The translations under genes and the position numbers were made by a program. A DNA stretch of 64,000 nt from a virus (lineage: Duplodnaviria > Caudoviricetes), in IMG/VR virus record IMGVR_UViG_3300020042_007950, positions 1 through 64,000 of that record. One strand, 5' to 3'. This document shows, piece by piece, positions 48,201 to 56,496 of this stretch (positions are counted from its first letter, which is position 1; each line of letters begins with the position of its first letter). The notes under the pieces were generated by a model, which worked only from the letters and a program-made list of their open reading frames with translations, was not told the origin of the DNA and made no database searches.

Positions 48201-49760
48201 TATAATTTAAATACTCTTATCCCTAAAGGAGCGGGCATAAACTTAGCTGCAACTCTTCCAATGAAAGCTTCTGAGATCTTAAACATCACAGGAAACAAAG
48301 CTGCTACTCAACAAGCTGGATTTAATTTCATCGAAGGAAGAGATATGGCTGAACAAGCAATCTTCCTACACAACTTTGAATTCTTTTCAAAAGCAGGTAA
48401 AAGTTTGATGACCATGTACAAACGTATCACTCCAGACTCTATGGACGGTATGAATCGTATTGGTTCTATCCAAGGATATCAAGACAAGCAATCTGAGTTT
48501 GATGAAGAGTACGATACAGAGGATGGAAAAGTAAACAAAGAAGTTTTATTCTTTGACACTATGCACCCTGGTCGTAATGTAGTAGACCAATATATTGGAG
48601 AAAATTCTATATACGGATTTGAAAGAGGTTATGAAAAGTTATTAAGAGATGGATTAGAACTTGCAGGTATGTATTTCCCAATTCGTACTTCAAATGCTTT
48701 CAATAACTTCAAAGAAAATTTAAAGAGAGCTAGTGGTAGAAATGATGTTAATGCAGAGATGCATCAGTTGATTGACTACAACTTAATGTTTATGATGTTG
48801 ATGAGACCTGGATCCCCATTCTTTGCAAACACTACTTATGGAGATTTGTACGACAGTCCTTCTAACAACATTGGGGAAAGAATGTTAAAACTTAGAGCAA
48901 AGCACCCAGCTTTAGCTAGTGCACCATTCATTGCTAATTTAGAGTTGGATGTTAATGCACAAGCTGGATACTACGGTGTTAAGTTTGATAACTCTGTAAC
49001 TCCTACACGTTCAGCAAAAGAAGCTTACACAAACAATCTTCGTACAATGTTGTACAATCCTGTTGCATATGTGTCTGCTCCTCTTGAACAAAAGTTTTTA
49101 GGGCCTGATGGAAAATATAGCCCAGAGATTCAATCTCAAGTTAATGCAATCAAACGTTTAGGGAGAGACTTAGTTATGCACACGTTTATTACTAATGGTT
49201 TTAGACAAAGTGCTAACTCATATTCTGATCTTGTTCCAGCTGAATTCTTTACTACTCCAATGGAAGTAGAGGGTTCTGATAAAAAAGTTACAATCTCAGA
49301 ATTCATGTACAACGAAAGAGAAAAACTTGCAGATGGTAATTACTTTGATGCAAAAGATCTAGTTAGATACATGACTATGTTTGGTAAGATGAGAGCTGCA
49401 GGGCAAGGTATGCTATCAACTGTTCCTAGTGATGAACTCAAACCAGATATGGCAACAGTAATTACTAGCAAAGAAATCCACAAACCATTTGTTATAGTTC
49501 GTAATCAAGATGCTAAAACATCTGCAGTATACCAAAGAGTTCCAAATGATTCTAGAGAAGTATCTATGTACACAGCTCTAGCAGGATCGTTTGCAGCTAG
49601 AGGGGCCACAAAATTATATGGTACTGGTATTTCATACGTACTTAAAAATGATGTCCCTACTAATTTAGTTACTTACTTAACTTCTGGAAGAAGTGCTGTA
49701 TGGGAGGCTGGAGTGAATAACATAGGAAATGAAGATGGAACTATGTCGTGCTTTATATAA
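42255..49760 (+). CDS. Virion-packaged single-chain two-barrel RNA polymerase with N-terminal zincin domain
   Basis: 2501 aa; catalytic-type GSDHDVDK (47415-47438), GYRTP, TDAQ, GNKLRGIYAN; HEAYH at 42567-42581. Matches the established crAss-like/phi14:2 gp66 architecture. Confidence 0.85.
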   Translation: MAFCPNINSKEYKDLAAVQGDAIAHKLWDKFRGTVPGFYYGNKIKGSAIDTLLSPDQKKAWLTSRGIEANLFETIEKIGSEEVHGYVENAVVNMWTNSDIGTEFHEAYHLTFRTMLSESQREQLYAEAVARFGEPTAGEIRYIKRTFPEISDEEARKAALEEKMADDFKDYVLTEGYTEKSLPAKIAKFFRDLWNFFKGLVTNNLSLRQAYSLIESGKMNSSILGRGVFRNPEKFKGPKKAYMYRPEMGDAMFKASLDTIYTIFMDTKKDLGRKFSAQVQLGVNGKNGAIVDQFQMQMYKKVDGTQITAGEANRLFEAEMAMDAATPETLDDAEANMWNVLEEVGAEFTMEENITLRNVFKNVASTWNDVYDPATGNSIQTGWRTFLEIKLREAGIKITNKTTETPEGEIVEEEDRDDSFDIDANNELDPADLDALQEEMKLIDEGTMKIYSMTTLQESPSKRLTGKVKELLSTIRNIEPNLLGVRSYMNREDVYQEMLRVFTGKQTFESMHAAIKKAAELKPVLQPIAKFMSELDDRDCAMLYTAFALVNTEFIMIKDRIEGNKKFADVINPNRKDVVAGTIDRWKIQLIRDDNENPRALYQRKPVIGPDGKPTINSDGSPVTYLEADKTKILAAAAIVKDLEKGLNKADARTFIVQTSDGSINETVEKVAELMWALGMHIGTDSSNIAETKWALQSLINIGVGVKSPNGLVRNYNGTGLLKLLATDLTKVLKLSAKFTPSRQSTVEQLETITPTADYISLNKALITGIVKYFTPMLNTIGESFVNSKGKAMYPSNLASNMNDIVNTLSDGSAESVELYKEYMSDPFINGGNNTKFASVLFRYLKTPGFLKDFKVVDFDAAKSGEKVDDAMSYEDFSKLDNLVVRINAFINNDPRSETCFIAVPVQSDRNKYSFIEVPRVLVNPYGIDNSEADLIKAQIVQDLLRVAAAKEVVHTAITTGNYSTLLEGVHTAPGNPTKDGIVKDRKYLGTAFNSDFFQFTAKDQDGAAIVTDEVLKDDNPRYNGVEQLSDKINDYVKGELTPAETADIDARLTKMVNKMSDYFTRQAQAATTALKDGGKIGSIGAGSLNFSQEKGALETTMRGFIITEALMRNEIVKMFRGSRANHKNLENFYKRMGHLTTPGTRLALQGELSNKRTFIQGEPYGMIREFNEVTMRDLHLDLTPALTAQGHVACDNIARGLINNELSKLDPSVSNYKVTFEYNAKAEEKAPAVKVSGNNITINVANSKGRVSSAKINEEIAVLLPTAKRVFEKSLAIADAYRPGKFESTDAQAFISMEMHRYISMGEGKWGPEEEEAYKAYKKTGKFVYQPGFVPKGYKEGEAVPVTPHKPYYEDVHYDKENNMISTTSEKNSYTVLLKEYTKDFPHLEDIRQRMELEGQYAGQGLQPLHVLNHVSGKKVAKRGVYQHTGNIGELSNMVLNKNNSKKLRFPQNIGEMKPDPKVIISRQLKKNMIANVKDETIYDLNAGLGSQVSLTGSVMKRLYHAAIEEKLRRDTNAVEEELGIDKLREATALGDIDNLKKVKLEVLQKVRDILLKQIDESDLPSNYSDAIKISFDETGMPRFSIPLDLPIYNKKYESIIMSLVNNKVFNQKAKGYDAVQIAQIGGHRVDNALNFTQISEDGRRVIHAEIMIREDIAREFGIEPGQSLDDVPEELRRIIGYRTPNSDKSATIILKIAKFLPANYQKGIVVPGQLIKLMGSDHDVDKLTLLFPEVKKVEPTEEYPYKIQKVLPNYNMLANNVGALSNEALVTPEMLNNIIFDTVEAVYSNPAHFNEVFAPLDDTTLPNQAAEIRKVKPELGMASDWNAWDTESNTIVRSIKGNKLRGIYANMLSGRNVASHGNVSINKSHAIKIIDDAGNLTEYINYVKEAQGIPTDRSASLFLSAAVDASNVPIHTELNDNMLTSRVRALFMAFYPEYSSKTCSYFLNQPIIRELIDVFETKHGGDLRKLTKSIDFIKTKYNLNTLIPKGAGINLAATLPMKASEILNITGNKAATQQAGFNFIEGRDMAEQAIFLHNFEFFSKAGKSLMTMYKRITPDSMDGMNRIGSIQGYQDKQSEFDEEYDTEDGKVNKEVLFFDTMHPGRNVVDQYIGENSIYGFERGYEKLLRDGLELAGMYFPIRTSNAFNNFKENLKRASGRNDVNAEMHQLIDYNLMFMMLMRPGSPFFANTTYGDLYDSPSNNIGERMLKLRAKHPALASAPFIANLELDVNAQAGYYGVKFDNSVTPTRSAKEAYTNNLRTMLYNPVAYVSAPLEQKFLGPDGKYSPEIQSQVNAIKRLGRDLVMHTFITNGFRQSANSYSDLVPAEFFTTPMEVEGSDKKVTISEFMYNEREKLADGNYFDAKDLVRYMTMFGKMRAAGQGMLSTVPSDELKPDMATVITSKEIHKPFVIVRNQDAKTSAVYQRVPNDSREVSMYTALAGSFAARGATKLYGTGISYVLKNDVPTNLVTYLTSGRSAVWEAGVNNIGNEDGTMSCFI

Positions 49761-49766
49761 TCTGAT

Positions 49767-49774
49767 TATCTTTG
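49767..49774 (+). promoter_or_regulatory. -7 box TATCTTTG, 4 nt before ATG 49779
   Basis: Exact TAnnTTTG match in an 18-nt intergenic gap. Confidence 0.6.
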
Positions 49775-49778
49775 TATT

Positions 49779-52700
49779 ATGCCTTGTACATATTTAAGAA
49801 TAGACGAAAACGGACAGATCAGACAATCTCCTGTCCACACTAGAGTAATCAACATGATTGACAACAAGCTTGCTTCGGTAGGTTTTGTTACTGCTTCAGA
49901 CTTATTACGAGAATTAGCAGATGCTGATGTAATGGGATTATTCAACCCTATTCTTAAAACTGGATTTGACTTATCACCTATTGAAGATGTTATGCAATTA
50001 AATGCAATTCTTCAATTCAACTACGGAGCTCCGGCCCCAGTGATATCTCTTACCCCAGTACACCGTGAAGGTAGAAATAACAATGTAGAAATAGTTGTAA
50101 GATTTAACGAAGATCATCTTAGTGCTATCCAGCCGAACATTGCCCCAGTATTTGAAAATGAGCAGATATCTTATGAGTATGCTTTAGAGCAACCTATAAG
50201 AAGTAACGGTTATATCAATCCTATCATTCCACTTACAGGTGACCCACGTCCTGCTAGAATTGCTAATCCTAGAGCAGCTATGCCGGTACCATCTCAGGTA
50301 ACTTCACAATTTAAACATCAGTTTAATCCTAATCTTCTTGATGCAGCTATCTCTGAATCAAAAGTTACTCGTGAAAGTGTACAGAGTATCATGGCCAGAT
50401 TTGAGCAAGACTCTAAAGATAGCAGAATTGATATTGGGGGAATGCAAAATGTTGAGATTGAAACTATATCTCAAGGTATTAACAGAATGAGAATTGCTTT
50501 TGAAAGAGCTGGCATTCCTGTTGAAATTATCATTGATCCTGAATTGGATGCAAAAGGTAGAGTAGACTCTGTACCTGGTAAAAAACCAATAATCCGTCTT
50601 AACCCTGCAAGAGTAACAGAGGATACAGCTATTCACGAATTTGGTCACATATTATTAGACTTGCTTGGGGAAGACAATCCTACTGTAAAAAGAGCAATTG
50701 AAGAACTTCGTAATACAAACCTGTACAAAGAAGTACAGAAAGCCTATCCAGAATTAAGTGGAAAGCAATTAGATAATGAGGTATTGACTACAGCTATTGG
50801 TATATCTGGAGCCAAGATTCAACGAAAGAACCCTAACAAATTCCAAACAATTGTAAATAGAATCTTTCGTGCATTATCAAAACTATTTGGTGTAGAGGCA
50901 AATCCATCTGCAGTCGAAGAGCTTGCTCAAATCCTTATGAAAGATAAGATTGATAGCAGACTATTTAAAAACATGTCAGTAGGATTTCTTGCAGCAGACA
51001 GTAAAGCTTTGGATAATGAAAAGAAAAAAAGATTTGATGAAGTATTAACACAATCTAAAATAGCTTTAGAAGAAGCTATGATTAATCTTCAACGTCAGGG
51101 AGAGAATGCAAGTGAGAAAGAAATTGAAAAAATAAAAAATATTCAAGCCAAACTAGAATTAGCTAAAGAGCTTGAGGATTTAGGAGAATTTATTGAATAT
51201 GCAGTTTCTCTTGTAGACAACACTAAGACATTAATAGAGCAAGTTAATCAAGAATATAGTACTAGTTTATCAACAGACCAACGTTTAAAACTTATCCACC
51301 AACTGCACTCTGCAGGTCAAAACCTATCTGATTTCTTTGGGGCCAAAGAGGCTAAAGATAGTATGATGGGAAGTATTCGTGAGCTTGTACGTTATAAGAT
51401 TGAAAGAAAAGGTCTTACTAAAGAACAGTTATTAAACGACCCGGCTTATAAAAACTTATCATCTTTAGAGCAAAGTATTGTAAGTGCTGTCGATGTGATG
51501 AAAGGGATGTCAGAAAAGTATTTAGAAACAGGTATCCCTATGATGGTTGACTTGTTGTTAGAATACAATACTCCTGAAATTAATGATCAAATTGATTCTG
51601 CTGTTGCTAACATTGAAAAAAATAACCGTTTAGTTGCTATTGAACGTACTGAAGAATACTACAATATTCTTAAGCAACAAAAAGAAGGTACAATTACTAA
51701 AGAAGAAACTCATGAAATGCTAAAAGCATTAAATATTGAGCAGCTTAAAAATAAAAAAATTACTCGTGCAACTTTAATTAGAGAATTCAGAGAGGGGCAG
51801 GCAGATAAATCTGCATTCAGTTACTTGATGGATCCTATCATCTACTCATCTAAAGTTGGTTTGCAGATGTTTGCAACGATGTTAAAGGATAAGATGTATC
51901 AAGCTAATGATGACACACAAGCAGACATTTACAGAGTAGCAGCTCTTTACAAGGCCTATGAAGAATCTGTAGGGGGAAGTGTAAATCCTAACACATTTAA
52001 CGAAGCCTTATTAGAAACACAGGAATATAGAATCTATAATCCTGAGACTGGTAAAAGAGAGACAATGAAGTTGCTATCTTTTGTACAGCCTTATGACGTA
52101 AAAAGATTTAAGAAAGATGAGTCTGATATGTACGACATGCTTGCTGCAAAGTATGCTAAGCCAGAAAAATCAGACGAGGATGCATTAAAAGCTTGGAAAA
52201 AATCTCCAGCTAAAGCAGCATATTATACAGAGGTAGCAGCATGGTATGCAGCTAACACAACACCAAGTCCAGATTCTCAAGCACGTCTTGAAAAATTGTT
52301 GCTTGACAAAGATGCATACTACAATCTTATGCTTCAAGAGTCAAGTGGAATTGATGCTGACGGTAATCCAAAGACACCGGACCCAGAGTTGATGGCTAAG
52401 TACAAGTATGACTTTGATACTGTAGAGTCTATGATTAATAAAATCTACGACACTAACAGAAATGTATTTAAATATAATGCTGTGCAACCAAATGCTAAAT
52501 ATGCAAACCCAAAGTATGCACAACTTCAATCAAACCCTGCAGCATTTGCTTATTACAATGGCTTGCTTGACCTTTACAAAGAAAAACAAAAGATCTTAGG
52601 ACAGGCTAGTCAACAACCAAAAAACTCTTGGGATAACTTTAGTTACATTGCCCCAAGTATTCGTGCAGAAGGTTTAGAAAAAGTACAAAGAGAAGGAGCA

Positions 52701-54515
52701 TGGTCAGCAACTAAAGATGCTACTAAAGAAGCATTCCAATTTCTATCTACAGATACAAGCTACGGAGATGCAATCAATGCAAACAGAGAGTCTACTAAAA
52801 AAGTGGTACCTGTTTACTACGTAAATCCTCTTGAAGAAAAATTAGTTAGCCGTGACTTGGCTAGTACAATCATACAGTTCTCTGGTATGACTAACATCTT
52901 CAAAAGAAAAGCACAGATTAATGGAGCTGTTGTATTGATGAGAGATGCAATAGAAAATCGTAAGACTTACGAAACAACTTCTGCTGGTCACCCTATCTAC
53001 CATGCATTTGGTAAGAAGCTTAAATTTACTAAACACGTTCTTAAAGAAGGTCCTAGTAATGACTTCAAACATTTGACTGAGTGGATTGATACTATATTCT
53101 ATGGGGAGAAAGACCTCAAGACCAATCTCGATATCTTTGGAAGGGAATTTTCAGCTAACAAAATAGCTAATAAACTTGCAAGCTTTACAGCTTTGAACAA
53201 CCTTTCATTCAATGCTCTTCAAGCTACGAACCAGTTCTTAATTGATAACGTTCGTATGATAGAAGAAGGGGTTGCAAATCAATTCTTCACTAAAACAAAT
53301 TTAGCTTGGGCTAAGAAGACATACTACTCTATTGCTAATGGAGGACTATCATCACTTAAAGACTTTGATGCATTTGCCCCACAGTCTAAACTTGTACAAG
53401 CTATTCAACAGTTTGATGCTCTTGGGGAAGCCTTAGATGTTGCTAACAAAAAGAAATCAGGGCCGTTTGCACTAAAAGCTGTTAACGATGTACCAATGAT
53501 TCTTCAAAAAGTAGCTGAACATGAGACAGGTGTTACTCGTATGTTTGCTTTGATGGATTCATACAGAGGTAAACTCCTTGATGAAAATGGACAAGTGCTT
53601 AAGAATGCAGAAGGTCAAGATGCAAATCTTTGGGATGTATTTGTCTTAGATGAGAAGACCGGCCGATATTCTGTGGACCCTAAGGTTCGTGTGATGAAAA
53701 AAGTAAATGAGATTGATGAAGATGGTAATGATATCACAGTAGAAGTACTTGGAGAATTCAATAGAATGCAGTTCATGGGAAAGATCTCTGGATTGACTAA
53801 GAAAACTAACCAGGTTAAAACTAAGTTTGATGATGCTATGCTTCAACGTAGATCATTTGGTAAATTGATCATGCTATTCCGTCGTTACTTTGTACCATCT
53901 CTTCGTAGAAACTTTGGACACAACGGACTTCGTGGGGGTATCCACCGTGACTTAGAACTTGGAACTATTTCAGAAGGTATGCTTACTACTATGAAACGTT
54001 TCATTGGAGACACATACAGAAAAGGAGGAAACTTTGTAAGTGTGTACAAAATGATGGAGGACTTTGAGAAAGAAAACGTAAAACGTGTAAGTGTTCAAAT
54101 GGCCTTCTTTACATTATGTTTGTTAATCTTATCAGCTTTAGGGGGAGATGACGAGGATGAAAGTTACGGAGAACAATTCTTAATGTATCAAGCTCTTCGT
54201 ATGAATTCTGAGTTAACTCAGTTTATAAACCCAGAAGAATTCTTAAAGCTTGCAGTAAGTCCTACAGCAACTGTTCGACCACTACAAAGATTCTTAGATG
54301 TTGTTCACCAAACATTCTCTACAGCTGTAGGAACTGTAACTGGAAACGATGAAGATTCTTATTACCAACGTCGTTCAGGAATACACGAAAAAGGAGACAG
54401 CAAGTTACAAGCAAAAATTGCAAAGCTTATCCCAATATGGGGAGGAATTGAAAAGTCTTCTGACCCAGGAGCCGCAGCTAAGTGGTTCGATCTTGGAGCA
54501 GGAAGCAATAAATAA
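49779..54515 (+). CDS. Large ejected virion protein with zincin (HExxH) domain and helical C-terminus
   Basis: 1578 aa; HEFGH at 50634-50648; hydrophobic MAFFTLCLLILSALG near the C-terminus; third giant gene of the RNAP block. Confidence 0.7.
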   Translation: MPCTYLRIDENGQIRQSPVHTRVINMIDNKLASVGFVTASDLLRELADADVMGLFNPILKTGFDLSPIEDVMQLNAILQFNYGAPAPVISLTPVHREGRNNNVEIVVRFNEDHLSAIQPNIAPVFENEQISYEYALEQPIRSNGYINPIIPLTGDPRPARIANPRAAMPVPSQVTSQFKHQFNPNLLDAAISESKVTRESVQSIMARFEQDSKDSRIDIGGMQNVEIETISQGINRMRIAFERAGIPVEIIIDPELDAKGRVDSVPGKKPIIRLNPARVTEDTAIHEFGHILLDLLGEDNPTVKRAIEELRNTNLYKEVQKAYPELSGKQLDNEVLTTAIGISGAKIQRKNPNKFQTIVNRIFRALSKLFGVEANPSAVEELAQILMKDKIDSRLFKNMSVGFLAADSKALDNEKKKRFDEVLTQSKIALEEAMINLQRQGENASEKEIEKIKNIQAKLELAKELEDLGEFIEYAVSLVDNTKTLIEQVNQEYSTSLSTDQRLKLIHQLHSAGQNLSDFFGAKEAKDSMMGSIRELVRYKIERKGLTKEQLLNDPAYKNLSSLEQSIVSAVDVMKGMSEKYLETGIPMMVDLLLEYNTPEINDQIDSAVANIEKNNRLVAIERTEEYYNILKQQKEGTITKEETHEMLKALNIEQLKNKKITRATLIREFREGQADKSAFSYLMDPIIYSSKVGLQMFATMLKDKMYQANDDTQADIYRVAALYKAYEESVGGSVNPNTFNEALLETQEYRIYNPETGKRETMKLLSFVQPYDVKRFKKDESDMYDMLAAKYAKPEKSDEDALKAWKKSPAKAAYYTEVAAWYAANTTPSPDSQARLEKLLLDKDAYYNLMLQESSGIDADGNPKTPDPELMAKYKYDFDTVESMINKIYDTNRNVFKYNAVQPNAKYANPKYAQLQSNPAAFAYYNGLLDLYKEKQKILGQASQQPKNSWDNFSYIAPSIRAEGLEKVQREGAWSATKDATKEAFQFLSTDTSYGDAINANRESTKKVVPVYYVNPLEEKLVSRDLASTIIQFSGMTNIFKRKAQINGAVVLMRDAIENRKTYETTSAGHPIYHAFGKKLKFTKHVLKEGPSNDFKHLTEWIDTIFYGEKDLKTNLDIFGREFSANKIANKLASFTALNNLSFNALQATNQFLIDNVRMIEEGVANQFFTKTNLAWAKKTYYSIANGGLSSLKDFDAFAPQSKLVQAIQQFDALGEALDVANKKKSGPFALKAVNDVPMILQKVAEHETGVTRMFALMDSYRGKLLDENGQVLKNAEGQDANLWDVFVLDEKTGRYSVDPKVRVMKKVNEIDEDGNDITVEVLGEFNRMQFMGKISGLTKKTNQVKTKFDDAMLQRRSFGKLIMLFRRYFVPSLRRNFGHNGLRGGIHRDLELGTISEGMLTTMKRFIGDTYRKGGNFVSVYKMMEDFEKENVKRVSVQMAFFTLCLLILSALGGDDEDESYGEQFLMYQALRMNSELTQFINPEEFLKLAVSPTATVRPLQRFLDVVHQTFSTAVGTVTGNDEDSYYQRRSGIHEKGDSKLQAKIAKLIPIWGGIEKSSDPGAAAKWFDLGAGSNK

Positions 54516-54522
54516 TGGCATT

Positions 54523-54550
54523 AAAAAAGGGGCTACTGCCCCTTTTCTTT
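54523..54550. terminator. Bidirectional terminator between the convergent structural and replication blocks
   Basis: AAAAAAGGGGC-TACT-GCCCCTTTTCTTT with A/T tracts on both sides. Confidence 0.85.
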
Positions 54551-54551
54551 T

Positions 54552-54938
54552 TTAATACCCTGTCATAGTACCGTTAGTGTATCGAACCTTGTCGGTACCA
54601 TTTGGTTTCATCAATGGTAACCCTAACTGATCTACTCCGTCAAACTTTTCATATACTGTTTTATAAGCAGCATTTTTCTTATTCAATTGAACTTTCAAAA
54701 GAACTAAGTACCCAATCAGATCCATAAGAGTATCTTCAGTATCATTAGATGAAACTCCTATATTCTTAATACGAGATAACTTGTCATCAATACGTACAAG
54801 TAATCCATCTAAAGAATCATTCTTTGAAAAGATTCTTACAGGCTCAAGTGCTGAGTCCCCGTAAGCTTTGTTCTTTAAAAGTAAAAGTGATTTAATTTGA
54901 TTGCAGACATTGGCAATCTGCTGTTCAGTATCGTTCAT
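54552..54938 (-). CDS. Nmad1/DUF1599-like all-alpha protein (NTP pyrophosphohydrolase-like)
   Basis: KNKAYGDS...RIDDKLSRI...EDTLMDLIGY motif. Confidence 0.7.
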   Translation of the reverse strand: MNDTEQQIANVCNQIKSLLLLKNKAYGDSALEPVRIFSKNDSLDGLLVRIDDKLSRIKNIGVSSNDTEDTLMDLIGYLVLLKVQLNKKNAAYKTVYEKFDGVDQLGLPLMKPNGTDKVRYTNGTMTGY

Positions 54939-55690
54939 AATAAATTAAATTGAGATTCTAATTCATCCTCTTTCTTTTGTGGTAATGTAAACCAGTTAAT
55001 TGGCTCTGCAATTACTTCATTAACTTTAATGAAATGGTTACAGCCAATAAATCTAGCATTACCTCCGTATACCTCAGCAGCCGGATGTGACGCTGCAAAG
55101 ATGATATGTGATTTATCCTTTAAGTTATTCACCTCTTTAACTATTCCTCCAAAGGCATGTTGTGCAAACTTACCCCAAAGTAGAAAGATAACTCCGTCTA
55201 GATTCTCACATATTGCTTTAACCATTTCCTTGGTGTACCAGCCCCACACTTGTTCGTGTGAATTTGGTTTACCCTTAGTAACAGTTAGAGTAGTGTTTAG
55301 TAGCAATGTCCCTTGCTTGGCCAGGTGCGACAATGAATAATCGAACTCAGTTGTTTTTGCATCTGATTCATCTATGCCATGGGATCTACAGATTTCTTTC
55401 TGTATCACTCGTAGACTAGGATTAATTTTCATTCCCTCTTTGACTCCAAAGCAAAGGCCGGTAGCAGCTCCATTGTGATATGGATCCTGCCCTATGATGA
55501 CAACTCGTAGGTCTTTCATTTGACATAACTCGAATGCTCTAAATACTTCTGGTGCAGAAGGATAAACAGTATAGTTAGTTCTATGATATTGAACAAAATC
55601 TACGAGCTGCCTGTAAAGACCGGGGTGGCTTTCTACTATCGATTGATGAATAGGTCCCCAATCCCCGATCTGTTCAAGCAGTTTACTCAT
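54935..55690 (-). CDS. ung: Uracil-DNA glycosylase, family 1
   Basis: VVIIGQDPYH, GLCFG, LLLNTTLTV, FLLWGKFAQ, SHPAA. Confidence 0.92.
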   Translation of the reverse strand: MSKLLEQIGDWGPIHQSIVESHPGLYRQLVDFVQYHRTNYTVYPSAPEVFRAFELCQMKDLRVVIIGQDPYHNGAATGLCFGVKEGMKINPSLRVIQKEICRSHGIDESDAKTTEFDYSLSHLAKQGTLLLNTTLTVTKGKPNSHEQVWGWYTKEMVKAICENLDGVIFLLWGKFAQHAFGGIVKEVNNLKDKSHIIFAASHPAAEVYGGNARFIGCNHFIKVNEVIAEPINWFTLPQKKEDELESQFNLL

Positions 55691-56496
55691 TTTAAGAATT
55701 TAGTGTTTTCGTATTTTAATTTACCTGTATAGTATAGTTCTGGATCAAATGTTTCTTCGTTTAATTTTGGTGGGGAATGTAATTCATTCCCTTCTGGTAT
55801 CGTTACGTCTAATTGTTCCTCAAGCTCTGCCTTTAACGACGGAGACTTGAATAGGATTTTAGCTGTTGACCCATCCATATTAAATCCATGATAATCCAAA
55901 ATCTTAAGTTTGATAATATCATCTATCTCTGAATACCGACCGTTAATAAAATGTTCATAAGCTCCTTGAGCATGCTCAGGGACACCAAATACAAACAAAA
56001 CATGGTACGGGTCAGTATCAATCTTATACTTAAAAGTCCCAAACTTTTCAAGAGCATGTTCAAATTTTGTGAACGTAGCATCTCCTGAAAATCTATAAAG
56101 TAATGCAATCACATTTCCCTCGTTCGGTATAGCAAAGAATGCATTTACTAATAGATTATTCCAGTAGAATAACTCTCTCTTTCCTCCAAGCATTGGGCAT
56201 AAAAAGATTGTAGACTTTGTTGCTTTTGCAACTGATAGATCATATCCAGCTAAAAGATTTACAGCATTATAAAGTGGAGTGATGATGTTTACTTTGTAGG
56301 GATTCTTTGTACGGCCTCTAACAATAGAGCCGATATCATGTTTTAATTTCCCACTTACCAAAGCAGTTACCGTCTTTCCATCTTCATCATAAACTCTAGA
56401 ATAGTCTGCAACACTCCCTGTCATACGAATGGTTCGTCCATTCACGGGGGCAAAGATTATCTTACCATCCGTCACTATCTGTTGGCTCATAAGCAA
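55687..56496 (-). CDS. Hypothetical protein of the replication block
   Basis: Intact 269-aa ORF overlapping both neighbours; no catalytic motif recognised. Confidence 0.65.
   Translation of the reverse strand: MLMSQQIVTDGKIIFAPVNGRTIRMTGSVADYSRVYDEDGKTVTALVSGKLKHDIGSIVRGRTKNPYKVNIITPLYNAVNLLAGYDLSVAKATKSTIFLCPMLGGKRELFYWNNLLVNAFFAIPNEGNVIALLYRFSGDATFTKFEHALEKFGTFKYKIDTDPYHVLFVFGVPEHAQGAYEHFINGRYSEIDDIIKLKILDYHGFNMDGSTAKILFKSPSLKAELEEQLDVTIPEGNELHSPPKLNEETFDPELYYTGKLKYENTKFLK

Noticed and set aside
504-49760. TTATATAA palindrome at 504, 13953 and 49753 as a late-promoter element
   Set aside because: Several copies are expected by chance in this AT-rich DNA; one overlaps a stop codon and another occurs mid-gene (26851).
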